Shown: positions 1 to 8,917 of the stretch, piece after piece | How positions within the stretch are numbered: position 1 is the stretch's first letter | Layout: each line of letters opens with the position of its first letter | Position numbers and translations under genes: made by a program | The notes under the pieces: generated by a model | Databases searched by the model: none | Seen by the model: only the letters and a program-made list of their open reading frames with translations | What the model was told of the DNA's origin: nothing | From: a virus | Lineage: Duplodnaviria; Caudoviricetes | Reading direction: 5' to 3' (one strand) | DNA: 64,000 bases | IMG/VR virus record: IMGVR_UViG_3300025389_001063

Positions 1-127
1 CTGCCCTTCACGCGGATCATAGTAAAGGATTCTACCGTTGGCGTATGTAAACGGGCCCTCTAGTCCTTTGCGAGGGCCAAACCCGTGATCGATATGGGGA
101 AGAACAGTATAGCCCATTTGATTCTCC

Positions 128-313
128 TTAATCTATCAAGTCCCCATCACTGAACTCAATGTCTACTTCATAGTTCCAGTTCTTAGAACGTTCTTCAGGG
201 GTAGCATCGAAGAACTGCTTCTCTGCTTTCTGGACTGCCTTCTTGGCACTCTTGGCTTCTACTTCGATAGCGTAGCGGACGATCTCTTGTATTTCTACGA
301 TGAACTTAGCCAT
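128..313 (-). CDS. small protein, DpnD/PcfM-like
   Basis: KFIVEIQEIVRYAIEVEAKSAKKA pattern; GGA RBS; upstream TTGACA promoter at 361-366. Confidence 0.5.
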   Translation of the reverse strand: MAKFIVEIQEIVRYAIEVEAKSAKKAVQKAEKQFFDATPEERSKNWNYEVDIEFSDGDLID

Positions 314-328
314 TTGACGTTCCTTTGT

Positions 329-544
329 TTATGCTGCTAATATAGCATCACTGTTCAGTGTGTCAACCACTTGGGGAAGTCCTGCTTCCTCACTGAGCAT
401 TTTTTGAACTATCTCGTAGGAGTCATACCCTCCCTGTTCTAGTGCTACCTCTCTAGCCCAAAAGCGAGCCTCATCTAGTGTGCGATAAACGCCCAGCATA
501 TCTGATTCACCGTATTGTAAACATCCTACGAGTATGTACAGCAT
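329..544 (-). CDS. hypothetical early protein
   Basis: ORF; GGAG RBS 6 nt before ATG at 544; promoter at 593-598. Confidence 0.6.
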   Translation of the reverse strand: MLYILVGCLQYGESDMLGVYRTLDEARFWAREVALEQGGYDSYEIVQKMLSEEAGLPQVVDTLNSDAILAA

Positions 545-581
545 CGTCAACTCCTATTGCTTATGATGCTATAATAGCACC

Positions 582-806
582 TTAGTCCATATTGTCAACC
601 TTGAACCAATCTTCTAAGATTTGATCTCGCCAAGCAGCCATATTCTCTAAGCCCACGTGTTCTTCCACATAATGATTAATATCTTCGTGGGGGAATTTAG
701 AAAGATCCCATAGTGCTTGTTTGAGAGCATGTACGGCACTCTCGGCTCTGGAGAAAGTCATCTCCAGACTTTCATGTGCTTCTTGCATTTGATTATTGAT
801 TGACAT
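582..806 (-). CDS. hypothetical protein
   Basis: GGAGG RBS before ATG at 806 (MSINNQ...). Confidence 0.6.
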   Translation of the reverse strand: MSINNQMQEAHESLEMTFSRAESAVHALKQALWDLSKFPHEDINHYVEEHVGLENMAAWRDQILEDWFKVDNMD

Positions 807-814
807 AATACCTC

Positions 815-1834
815 CTACTTCAGACATGTAACAATAGCATAGTCTTGCCAACGGTCTTTGAATGACTTCTTCAAGTCCGCTAGTTTAAGTATAGTACGCA
901 ATGAGAGCTCTCTGAGTTGCTTCTTGTTTGAGTCGACGAATTCTAGTATCTCGTCAACTTCTTCTTGTTCGAAGTTATAGTCGCGTAGCATACCGTCTTC
1001 GACAATCTGTTTGATACGTAGTATCTTATCGCGCTCACTGTCAATAGTGAGATCAACATAATGACTTCTGGATTCAAGAGCATCGAGGTGATCCTTCAGT
1101 TTCTTCGATTTGACATGATCGAATTTGATGTTAGTGATAAAGATAGCACTCGCTTTAAACTCAAAGCGATTTGGAATACCTTCACGTTCAAGCAAGCGAC
1201 TATCGGTATTCCAACTAATGTAACGACGCTTGCTGGAGTCTAGAGCAGCCTTGAGAATGTTTAGTGATAAGTCATCTAAGAGTACGCTATCGCAGTCGTC
1301 GAACACGATAACATTACCTGCTTCACTGTACTCGTATAGTTTAGCGTACAAGCCCAAAGCACTCATCGCACCTTTAACAATCTCGTACTTAGGCTTCTTG
1401 TTACCGATGGTGTTGAATAGGTCTGATTTAGCCAATTGGGCTTCGACACCAAAGGACTTACCGACGCCCGGTGGTCCACTAACGATAACAGCCCGTACAT
1501 TACCTTCTTTGGCAGCCTGTGTGATATCGGATAAGATTTTAAACCTTCTGCGGAGTCGTTCCTTAATCTCACTGTCAGTCTCCGTTGCTATATGCTTCTC
1601 TATATGATCGCTAATGTTGCCGTTTGATATCGAGTACGTACCGGTTGCTTGGGATACGCGGATGCGAATGTTGCGATCAGGGAAGCCGCGAACAGCACGA
1701 GCATCAACCGTGACATAATAGCCCTTGTCATCTTCTTTAGTCTCCTCTACGAGTGGAAACACCATACCAGCGACACTCTGAGGCTCACCTTTGATATTAT
1801 ATGTGCCCTCAGAGAACTTAATGAGAATGGACAT
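815..1834 (-). CDS. AAA+ family ATPase (conserved jumbo-phage type)
   Basis: Walker A GPPGVGKS, Walker B IVFDDCD, sensor-1 IFITN; start trimmed to MSILIKF. Confidence 0.85.
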   Translation of the reverse strand: MSILIKFSEGTYNIKGEPQSVAGMVFPLVEETKEDDKGYYVTVDARAVRGFPDRNIRIRVSQATGTYSISNGNISDHIEKHIATETDSEIKERLRRRFKILSDITQAAKEGNVRAVIVSGPPGVGKSFGVEAQLAKSDLFNTIGNKKPKYEIVKGAMSALGLYAKLYEYSEAGNVIVFDDCDSVLLDDLSLNILKAALDSSKRRYISWNTDSRLLEREGIPNRFEFKASAIFITNIKFDHVKSKKLKDHLDALESRSHYVDLTIDSERDKILRIKQIVEDGMLRDYNFEQEEVDEILEFVDSNKKQLRELSLRTILKLADLKKSFKDRWQDYAIVTCLK

Positions 1835-1974
1835 TCGTCTTATCCTTCTTACGGTTGTATACTTTTTTGGATTTAACAATACGCTTGCGAAAGAGCGGGT
1901 TGCTCAACGCAGCAGCATAAGGGTTATACTTACTCATCGCTCTCTCCTTATGCTGCTACTATAGCACCTATACT

Positions 1975-2208
1975 CTATGCGTCAACCCCCATGTGAAGTC
2001 TATCGCGAACTTCTTGTTCAGCCGCCCAATCCTCGAGCAATTTGGTAGCAGACTTAACCTGAGCAGCAACAGTAGGATGAGTCTCGATCAATCCCTTAAG
2101 GAATGACTCATAGAAGCCCGCTTGATAGTCAAACCCTGTGTGGGTAAGTTGGCTAGAACGACGGTTAACAGCGTCTTGAAAGCGCTCAAAAACGGATACT
2201 TCTGACAT
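1975..2208 (-). CDS. hypothetical early protein
   Basis: ORF with GGAG RBS and own TTGACA promoter (2255-2260). Confidence 0.6.
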   Translation of the reverse strand: MSEVSVFERFQDAVNRRSSQLTHTGFDYQAGFYESFLKGLIETHPTVAAQVKSATKLLEDWAAEQEVRDRLHMGVDA

Positions 2209-2261
2209 GCTCTGCTCCTTTGTTTATACCTTATAATAGCATAATGTTAGGGCTTGTCAAC

Positions 2262-2579
2262 CTATCGGCAGTATTGTCTACGAACCCAGCCATAGCGTTC
2301 GTCCCATCCACGACTATTAGTGCATCGATATGGTCGAGCAACCTCGACTTGTTCTTGTATAGCAACAGGCGGAGCCATGACTGCTGGGGGTGGAGGGGGA
2401 GGTGCTGCCATAGCACGAGAAGCAATAGCGCCTCCGATCATACCCCCGATGAGCCCCATTCCCATTTCCATGCCATAACCGCCATAGCCCCACATAGGGC
2501 TTGATCCCCAAAACTGAGCATGAGCAGGTGTTGCTGCTAGGGCAACAGCAACGACCGTTGTGGCTAAGACTTTACGCAT
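2262..2579 (-). CDS. secreted Gly/Pro-rich protein with glycine zipper and C-terminal Cys pair (Rhizobiales-type)
   Basis: signal peptide MRKVLATTVVAVALAATPAHA; GLIGGMIGGAIA; poly-Pro; C...WD...GWV...C. Confidence 0.7.
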   Translation of the reverse strand: MRKVLATTVVAVALAATPAHAQFWGSSPMWGYGGYGMEMGMGLIGGMIGGAIASRAMAAPPPPPPAVMAPPVAIQEQVEVARPYRCTNSRGWDERYGWVRRQYCR

Positions 2580-2751
2580 AGTCTTGTTCCTCATTGTAGA
2601 AGTATTGACGATCAAACCATTGGACTACATCTTCTTCAGTCCACATATGGGAGGATGGTAAGCAATGATACTTCTCACGATATGCTTCCCTGAATACTTC
2701 CCAGAGTGCTTCGTTTACAATAGCACATACTTCGTTTTTTGGTATTCCCAT
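2572..2751 (-). CDS. hypothetical protein (59 aa, not in ORF track)
   Basis: MGIPKNEVCAIVNEALWEVFREAYREKYHCLPSSHMWTEEDVVQWF...; GAGG RBS; promoter at 2792-2797. Confidence 0.55.
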   Translation of the reverse strand: MGIPKNEVCAIVNEALWEVFREAYREKYHCLPSSHMWTEEDVVQWFDRQYFYNEEQDYA

Positions 2752-2801
2752 CGTGTCCTCCTATAATACATATTAGCATCTAATTGGACTGTGTCAACCA
2801 A

Positions 2802-2885
2802 TGGTATCCGCGGCCGGACTCGAACCGGCACGAACAAGTCGAGGGATTTTAAGTCCCTTGTGTCTACCAATTCCACCACGCGGAC
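2802..2885 (-). tRNA. trnL: tRNA-Leu(TAA)
   Basis: cloverleaf GTCCGCG/CGCGGAT, anticodon loop CT-TAA-AA, long variable arm, GTTCGAG T-loop, encoded CCA. Confidence 0.95.
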
Positions 2886-2886
2886 A

Positions 2887-2963
2887 TGGTGCCCCCACTC
2901 AGACTTGAACTGAGAACCTGCGGTTTATGAGACCGATGCTCTAACCGATTGAGCTATGAGGAC
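2887..2963 (-). tRNA. tRNA with CAT anticodon (Ile2 precursor or elongator Met)
   Basis: cloverleaf, loop CT-CAT-AA, G1:C72 pair (not initiator), encoded CCA. Confidence 0.9.
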
Positions 2964-3106
2964 TATTCAGCAGCATACTTCTCTATGATTGCAATAGCTT
3001 GATCGATATGTTCCATGGCTTTAGTTAAAGCATCTTCGTTGCCTTCTAAACCTTCAATAATCTCGAAAGCATTATTGAGCATATCTAAAACTTCTTGCTT
3101 CTCCAT
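2963..3106 (-). CDS. hypothetical protein (47 aa)
   Basis: MEKQEVLDMLNNAFEIIEGLEG...; GGAGG RBS. Confidence 0.5.
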   Translation of the reverse strand: MEKQEVLDMLNNAFEIIEGLEGNEDALTKAMEHIDQAIAIIEKYAAE

Positions 3107-3154
3107 AGCTGCCTCCTATTTTCTAGTATATAGTGAGTAGAGGCACTCGTCAAG

Positions 3155-3176
3155 AAAAAAGGGGGATTTCTCCCCC
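3155..3176 (-). terminator. intrinsic terminator
   Basis: on the - strand GGGGGA-GAAA-TCCCCC followed by TTTTTT, just after ORF 3183-3512. Confidence 0.8.
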
Positions 3177-3182
3177 TATTCT

Positions 3183-3512
3183 TTAAGCGAGTTCAGCCTT
3201 AGGAACAAAAGTCGGTTGAGCGATATTCGCCTTAGTCTTAGCCTTAGGTGCCTTAGCAGCAACCTTAGGGGTCTGCTTTACATTCTTAGCAGCATAATCC
3301 GCGAACACCGACTGAGCCTCTGTGTTCTCAAATAGTGCCAGCGTGGACAAATACGCCACAGCAGCGTCCTTTGACATAGCCTGAGGCAACTCAACTAGGT
3401 CAATGTCCTTATGACCATTGCGCTGAAGCACCTTGACTCGCGTAACGAAGTCATTGGCAAAGCGAAGCTTGAGAGCACCATTTTGACGTGAAAGACCAGC
3501 AACTGTAAACAT
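3183..3512 (-). CDS. conserved jumbo-phage hypothetical protein with Lys/Ala-rich tail
   Basis: MFTVAGLS...KLRFAND...RVKVL..NGH.DI.L.ELP..M.K; GAGGAG RBS; promoter at 3582-3587. Confidence 0.7.
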   Translation of the reverse strand: MFTVAGLSRQNGALKLRFANDFVTRVKVLQRNGHKDIDLVELPQAMSKDAAVAYLSTLALFENTEAQSVFADYAAKNVKQTPKVAAKAPKAKTKANIAQPTFVPKAELA

Positions 3513-3591
3513 ACTTAACTCCTCTTCTGTGTGTGTTGGGCACCATTGCCCATAGTCCTATAATAGCACCTCTATGAGTGCTGTCAACCGG

Positions 3592-3888
3592 TTAAGCCAT
3601 AACCGGATCTATGACAGGTGCTAACATATTAGCCGGCACCCGATAATTCCCACGCGACGTATTCACAATCACGTTCTTCTGCATGACCTTCTCTACTGTG
3701 CCAAATAACTTCTGACCAGCACGGTTAGTGAACGATACCTTAGAGCCAGATCGCACCATAGAAGTATTACGCTTAGCCAATTGAGCCCTACGATACTTCA
3801 TAGCATCGATGAGCATATTAAGTTCATCATTAGAAGCTTCGAATTGAATGAAGCTGATAGCAGCATTACGAGCAGCAACAGTAGACAT
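3592..3888 (-). CDS. hypothetical protein with SH3/KOW-like C-terminus
   Basis: GSKVSF...GTVEKVMQKNVIV...YRVPANML; AAGGAG RBS. Confidence 0.6.
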   Translation of the reverse strand: MSTVAARNAAISFIQFEASNDELNMLIDAMKYRRAQLAKRNTSMVRSGSKVSFTNRAGQKLFGTVEKVMQKNVIVNTSRGNYRVPANMLAPVIDPVMA

Positions 3889-3943
3889 ATCCAACTCCTT
3901 AGTTCTCATCCTATACCTTACTATAACACCTTATTCGATAGTG

Positions 3944-4120
3944 TCAACCAGCTAAGAAATACCAAAACCCAGCAACAATATAGAATCCAAACATCATATT
4001 GCGAACCCAATCAATCTTGAAACACATCAAGCCAGTGAATAACCAAACCGAGGCTATGACCATCCCATATTCGTTAAGGTTGATCAAAGTTAATGCAGCA
4101 GCAAGTAGGATCGCATACAT
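3944..4120 (-). CDS. small membrane protein
   Basis: hydrophobic 58 aa; GGAG RBS; promoter at 4164-4169. Confidence 0.55.
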   Translation of the reverse strand: MYAILLAAALTLINLNEYGMVIASVWLFTGLMCFKIDWVRNMMFGFYIVAGFWYFLAG

Positions 4121-4335
4121 TGGCTCTCTCCTTATGCCCTTAGTATAGCAGGGGCTGTCCAATTGTCAACCCCTGCTTGTTTACAATCAAGGCACTCTGA
4201 TAAAAGCCGCATCCCCCCTCTTATTAAAGATCACAGCCTGAGAATTCTGCAACCATGACTCCTTCTCGGCAAAAGCCTTGGCATCTTCCCAATTGTCGAA
4301 CTTTTGAGTTACCTTACCAATCTTGACTGTAAACA

Positions 4336-4806
4336 TTATTCTGACTCCTCTTCTTCCTCTTCCCACATAGCATTATTCTCACTAATAGAAAACTCCATAT
4401 CGATGTCTTCAGGAATATCCTTAGTGCCTTCATAGCAGTCGTCCTCACCATCAGTCCAACGACCACAGAAGTCCATGCCTGGCTCATAGTAGAATGCATC
4501 TACTTCAAAGTCTAACTCTACCAAATGCTCATAGAACGCCAGTGGAGGTGACCAAGCAGTCTCAAATGATAAGTTCAATTGATCAAACCTTATAGCAGCA
4601 GGACTATCGAAACCACGCTCAACATCCCACTTGGTGCCCCAGTTCTCTAGGTTCCAATTATACCAACCTTCACCCTCTAATAGCTCTGGGGGAGTAGGGA
4701 GGAAGGCTTTGAACAAGCCCTCACCATTATAACCAGCCGCCGCCTTCTCTAGCATGGCTCGGTCTTTGTGCTTAAGATAAAGTGTATTTGAACACCAATT
4801 AGGCAT
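4336..4806 (-). CDS. conserved phage protein (MPNWC..., YubB ferredoxin-like/DUF1281 type)
   Basis: MPNWCSN, WNLENWGTKWD, FETAWSPP, YYEPGMDFCG motifs. Confidence 0.7.
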   Translation of the reverse strand: MPNWCSNTLYLKHKDRAMLEKAAAGYNGEGLFKAFLPTPPELLEGEGWYNWNLENWGTKWDVERGFDSPAAIRFDQLNLSFETAWSPPLAFYEHLVELDFEVDAFYYEPGMDFCGRWTDGEDDCYEGTKDIPEDIDMEFSISENNAMWEEEEEESE

Positions 4807-4848
4807 AGCAGCCTCTCTTGTTAGAGTTTACGATTATATAATAGCACC

Positions 4849-5277
4849 TTACGCGGGTATGTCAACCAGCTCCTTATCGCTGTTGCGGCACTCCCACTTG
4901 CCGTTTACATATACATAGGAGTAATCCTGCCCGCGATCATCTGCGAGGAACTCATAGATATCTTTATATTTGTGAGCCTTTGTGCATGTCTCACCACGAT
5001 CGCGTCCATACGCTTTACACCAGTTCTCGGTGCGGGCTTCATATGCGGCACGCTCTGCTTCAGGAACTTCAAACTGGCTAAAGGCATGCTTACGACCAAT
5101 CTTTGGTCCTAGCACAGATAAGTCCCCTAGCTTTATGAGATTAACGATCTTACTAGGAGTATTATAATGGTCCCGCAAGATACGACCATTATGCTCTGGA
5201 TAACCGTCCCAGTGGCAGTAGATGCCCTTAACAAACCCGTTCTCGTCCATAACACCGATTAAGCTGCGAGTGCCCAT
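4849..5277 (-). CDS. conserved phage hypothetical protein
   Basis: MGTRSLIG...IYCHWDGYPEHNG..L..HY family motif; AGGAG RBS. Confidence 0.7.
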   Translation of the reverse strand: MGTRSLIGVMDENGFVKGIYCHWDGYPEHNGRILRDHYNTPSKIVNLIKLGDLSVLGPKIGRKHAFSQFEVPEAERAAYEARTENWCKAYGRDRGETCTKAHKYKDIYEFLADDRGQDYSYVYVNGKWECRNSDKELVDIPA

Positions 5278-5435
5278 TGTAGGCTCCTTGTTAGCGTTTA
5301 TGATATTACTATAGCACCTTAGTCTTCTCTGTCAACCAAGTCCCATAGGTTGATCAAAGCATAGGAGACGAACAAACCAATCACACTACCAATTAACACG
5401 CCTACTATAAACATCGTTGTCTCCCTTGCTTATGA

Positions 5436-5648
5436 TTATATAATAACATCATCCCGGAATCTGTCAACCTCGGCTAAGTCACTAAAATCTATAGCAGTTC
5501 CCACGAGCCAACGACGCTTGGCTTCATTGGCTGTTGACATATCCTTATAGCCCACAGCGAATGCAAACTCGTCATCCTCCCAGAAGTTAACAACCCAAAT
5601 AGCATTGCCGTCTATAGTGAAGTCTATCTCTGATTTACATTCACGCAT
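5436..5648 (-). CDS. hypothetical protein
   Basis: GGAG RBS; promoter at 5693-5698. Confidence 0.55.
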   Translation of the reverse strand: MRECKSEIDFTIDGNAIWVVNFWEDDEFAFAVGYKDMSTANEAKRRWLVGTAIDFSDLAEVDRFRDDVII

Positions 5649-5711
5649 GATATGCTCTCCTATAGTCACAATAATAGCGTCGAATTGAATTATGTCAACC
5701 GACGCTATTGA

Positions 5712-6074
5712 TTAGAACTTTAAAGGTGGAACTGATTGTGGGATGCTACCAGGCACATTCGATGGCGGTGGAGTTACTGGCTTTCCTACTGACATAACCA
5801 ACGGGCTAACAAATGGAGAAAAATTATTCCATCCCTCTCCAGAAGCCGGAAGAGTGTTGTTATCAACTGGGGTAATATCTAATATTCTTCCCTGCCACGC
5901 AGCAACAGAACTAGCAGCCTGAGCCCAATTTAAAAGAGCATCTTCTGGATTGATCTGATTACTGAATACATAACGAATGGTGATGTCATATACTGTAGCA
6001 TCTAATCCCGCAGGAACCTGTGTCATTAGATACTGATTCTCTGAGAGTAATTCTGGATTCTTTGGTTGAGCCAT
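5712..6074 (-). CDS. hypothetical Pro-rich protein
   Basis: GAGG RBS before MAQPKN. Confidence 0.6.
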   Translation of the reverse strand: MAQPKNPELLSENQYLMTQVPAGLDATVYDITIRYVFSNQINPEDALLNWAQAASSVAAWQGRILDITPVDNNTLPASGEGWNNFSPFVSPLVMSVGKPVTPPPSNVPGSIPQSVPPLKF

Positions 6075-6086
6075 GCTATTCCTCAA

Positions 6087-6305
6087 TTAACCTATTTTAG
6101 TTACGTCTGTGATAGAAGTTCCTGGAACAAATGGAGGCTGAGTACTAGCGAACTTGCCAGTCATCATGTCTGCTAATAATTGTTCAATGTCTGAACCCTT
6201 AGGTATACTGAAATTCAAAGTGACACTGTAAATGTCATGTGAAGCATCAGGTACTAGGGGTGTTTCAAATAATTGTACTAATGTTGGATTTGTTGGTTTT
6301 ACCAT
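6087..6305 (-). CDS. hypothetical protein
   Basis: GGAG RBS; TAAATA upstream. Confidence 0.55.
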   Translation of the reverse strand: MVKPTNPTLVQLFETPLVPDASHDIYSVTLNFSIPKGSDIEQLLADMMTGKFASTQPPFVPGTSITDVTKIG

Positions 6306-6347
6306 AGTTTCTTCTCCCTTGCAAGGTAAACTATTTAGCCTGCTAGG

Positions 6348-6424
6348 TGGCGATTCCGGAACGATTCGAACGTTCGACCTGCTGATTAGAAGTCAGCTGC
6401 TCTATCCTGCTGAGCTACGGAATC
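6348..6424 (-). tRNA. trnR: tRNA-Arg(TCT)
   Basis: cloverleaf GATTCCG/CGGAATC, loop CT-TCT-AA, encoded CCA. Confidence 0.95.
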
Positions 6425-6425
6425 A

Positions 6426-6501
6426 TGGTGCCCGAAGACGGATTCGAACCGCCGACCTACTGATTACAAATCAGTTGCTCTACCAGCTGAGCTATTCGGG
6501 C
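6426..6501 (-). tRNA. trnT: tRNA-Thr(TGT)
   Basis: cloverleaf GCCCGAA/TTCGGGC, loop TT-TGT-AA, encoded CCA. Confidence 0.95.
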
Positions 6502-6686
6502 GCTTTTATATGCTGCTTCATCTTACGTCGGAACTCTGCTACACTGTGAAGTCTATATACTGCTTCACGAACACTAAGTCCCTCATGGTATGCTGAGTAT
6601 ATATCACCTCCGGTGACCTTGTCAATGGGAAATCCGACTGCTCTCAACTCATTAACAAATTGCTGAAATGCTGTTCCACTAGACAT
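6492..6686 (-). CDS. hypothetical protein
   Basis: GGAGG RBS; 3' end overlaps tRNA-Thr by 10 nt. Confidence 0.5.
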   Translation of the reverse strand: MSSGTAFQQFVNELRAVGFPIDKVTGGDIYSAYHEGLSVREAVYRLHSVAEFRRKMKQHIKAPE

Positions 6687-6741
6687 ATATCCCTCCCTAG
6701 ATGAAGAGTGGGCAGATTAACCGCCCACTATTGTTTATTTA

Positions 6742-6987
6742 TTAAGCGAAGATCTTAGCGCGGCTACCTGTGATATCACGGGCACTCACAGCATACTTCG
6801 CACGTCCCTCTTGAGTCTTCTCACGACGAATCCGTAAACCAACAGCACGTAGATCGCTAATGCGAGCACGGAGGTTGCCAATGCCATATGTAGCACGAGC
6901 TTGAGCCTCTGTCAATGTGCGGCCAGTACCACGAAGATAGTCTTCAAGAAACTCTACCTGAGAAACTGTTAAATGAGTAAATGCCAT
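6742..6987 (-). CDS. winged helix-turn-helix DNA-binding protein
   Basis: LRGTGRTLTEAQARATYGIGNLRARISDLRAVG, a wHTH pattern. Confidence 0.7.
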   Translation of the reverse strand: MAFTHLTVSQVEFLEDYLRGTGRTLTEAQARATYGIGNLRARISDLRAVGLRIRREKTQEGRAKYAVSARDITGSRAKIFA

Positions 6988-7070
6988 ATTGCCTATTCCT
7001 TTGTCAATGCGCTGTCTACAGCGTCTTTATACTATAACAGCGCATATGACAAAGATCAAGCAGTTTGGCT

Positions 7071-7364
7071 CTATTCGCTCTCAGGCTCGAATTCTTCTTC
7101 AGATATAGCATACTCTACCTGCTCGTCTAGCTCAAAGTAATAGCTCTCAAGCTCATCGCAGACACCGTCAATGTCATAACGATGCTCTGTATAATAGTCG
7201 TAGGCGTGAGCCAATTCCTTAGCACGAAGCGACTTAACAATGGTTTGGAGATGCTCTATAACATTCTCAATGTCAGCAGCTATATAACCTAAGTCGTCGC
7301 TGTCGACAATGTTTAAGTCCTGAGCTACGTTGAGATAAAACATGTTAGGTTCAAAGTCGCGCAT
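7071..7364 (-). CDS. acidic hypothetical protein
   Basis: ORF with GAGG RBS and promoter. Confidence 0.6.
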   Translation of the reverse strand: MRDFEPNMFYLNVAQDLNIVDSDDLGYIAADIENVIEHLQTIVKSLRAKELAHAYDYYTEHRYDIDGVCDELESYYFELDEQVEYAISEEEFEPESE

Positions 7365-7415
7365 GATAGCCTCTCTGTGTTGCTATAGCTTACAATAACA
7401 CAAACGACCCAAAAG

Positions 7416-7721
7416 TCAAACTCCCGACCACCTTACACTATTCCAATTGCGAGCAAGTATATTACCGCGGGCGAAGTTCTTAGCAGGTGACGCATAAGAA
7501 GCAGCCTTTAGAATGTCACCCTGCTTGAACTTGCCATCATCCTGCTTGACAATGAACGAGTGAACACTACGGTCTACAATGACCTTGACATACTTACTTC
7601 CATTAGTGAAATCAACCTTGCGTTCAGCTTCTTCTAATGTATACATACCCGTCTTAGCATAATCAGCCCTAATGTGATCAAGGTAATCTAAGAAGTTGAG
7701 TTGAAAGTCCTTGAAGCTCAT
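7416..7721 (-). CDS. conserved phage hypothetical protein
   Basis: GSKYVKV...VHSFIV...GDILKAASY..PAKN.ARGNI family motif. Confidence 0.7.
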   Translation of the reverse strand: MSFKDFQLNFLDYLDHIRADYAKTGMYTLEEAERKVDFTNGSKYVKVIVDRSVHSFIVKQDDGKFKQGDILKAASYASPAKNFARGNILARNWNSVRWSGV

Positions 7722-7722
7722 G

Positions 7723-8052
7723 TTAACCCCTCTTGTCTGTGTTCAATACAGGACGATATTGACGAATTAACTCACGCTCTAATTTATGAGCAGCAACCTT
7801 ACCACGCACTATATACTCTGCTTTTATAACAGCTTCACGGCGATCTGTCAATGACCGAAGAGCGCTATAAAGTGACCAATGTAACCGGGCGGGATCATTC
7901 CTCCGGTACCAATGCTTACTAAGACGCGACCAGAGGCTTTTTGGAACAGTAGATTCAGTTTTCGCCGTGACGCCAACATATAGGTCTCCATCTATCGTTA
8001 TTGAATATACGATATGATTACGGTCCACTCGCTTTTTTCTTACTGCTTTCAT
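7723..8052 (-). CDS. GIY-YIG-like nuclease domain protein
   Basis: IVYSI...LYVGVT...RLSKH...LERELI. Confidence 0.65.
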   Translation of the reverse strand: MKAVRKKRVDRNHIVYSITIDGDLYVGVTAKTESTVPKSLWSRLSKHWYRRNDPARLHWSLYSALRSLTDRREAVIKAEYIVRGKVAAHKLERELIRQYRPVLNTDKRG

Positions 8053-8086
8053 AATAACAATATACACTCAATTCCAAACTAGTCAA

Positions 8087-8285
8087 CCACTAGATATAGT
8101 CACTCAGAACACTAGATATAGTGGACTACATATAGTTACCCACTGACTACATATAGTAGGTTGACACTATATCTATAGACGCTATTATAGAATTATGAAA
8201 GCGAACCAGCAATAGCAGACTCGCTAGGGAGTATACTTCGGGGAACCCTGACCTCAAGGTCGTTTACATAAACAACATATAGTCC
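8087..8285. promoter_or_regulatory. cluster of NrdR-box-like palindromes in a divergent promoter region
   Basis: CCACTAGATATAGTCA 8087, ACACTAGATATAGTGG 8109, GGACTACATATAGTTA 8123, TGACTACATATAGTAG 8144, degenerate ACACTATATCTATAGA 8164, AAACAACATATAGTCC 8270; match to acaCwAtATaTwGtg. Confidence 0.65.
8198..8275 (+). ncRNA. candidate small structured RNA, copy 1
   Basis: directly after TTGACA(8161)/TATTAT promoter; 33-nt core 31/33 identical to copy 2; hairpins. Confidence 0.45.
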
Positions 8286-8343
8286 CTGGTTGACATATAA
8301 AATTGTGACCTTATTATCATACTATAAGCAATAGGAGATCCCA

Positions 8344-8583
8344 ATGCGCAAACTGTCCTACTCAGAAGCCTTTGCTCGTATTGAATCCACATCCTGGACA
8401 GAATTGTATACAATGCTCTATGACTCCCACAAGGACTTCTATGGCTACAAGGGTCGCTATCTATATAACTATACCAAAGAGGAACTCCTCAATTGGTTTT
8501 CGGATCACTTCATGTGGGATAACGACGAACAGTTTTGGCGCAATCAAGTCCCCTTTTACGAATACAACCCGGAGGATATGTGA
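8344..8583 (+). CDS. hypothetical protein
   Basis: AGGAG RBS; promoter TTGACA at 8290. Confidence 0.65.
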   Translation: MRKLSYSEAFARIESTSWTELYTMLYDSHKDFYGYKGRYLYNYTKEELLNWFSDHFMWDNDEQFWRNQVPFYEYNPEDM

Positions 8584-8584
8584 T

Positions 8585-8806
8585 ATGCACTATGCTCAAT
8601 TCTATAATCAAACAGCCAAAGGTCTCCTCGAAGCTTGTGGTGATCGCGCTGTTATTATACTAGATGGTAGAGAATCACAGTGGAAGCAGGAACATACCGC
8701 AAGGCAGGAATGTGCCAAAAGAGGTTATGTGGCTTTTAGACTTTATAAAGGTGAGTCATTTACTCGTTCATGGCCAATCTCTCAAATCACAGTTTTGCCA
8801 GGTTGA
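8585..8806 (+). CDS. hypothetical protein
   Basis: GGAGG RBS before MHYAQFY (C-terminal part of track ORF 8372-8806). Confidence 0.6.
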   Translation: MHYAQFYNQTAKGLLEACGDRAVIILDGRESQWKQEHTARQECAKRGYVAFRLYKGESFTRSWPISQITVLPG

Positions 8807-8838
8807 CGCACCCGCTAGTGATGTTAATATAACAATAT

Positions 8839-8917
8839 AAAGCGCACACCCAATAGGGATCGCGTGATGGGTTCAAGTTCCGCCGAACTCTGACCTCCAG
8901 GTCGTTTACATAAACAA
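8839..8917 (+). ncRNA. candidate small structured RNA, copy 2
   Basis: after TTGACG(8803)/TAATAT promoter; no downstream ORF on +; same architecture as copy 1. Confidence 0.5.
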
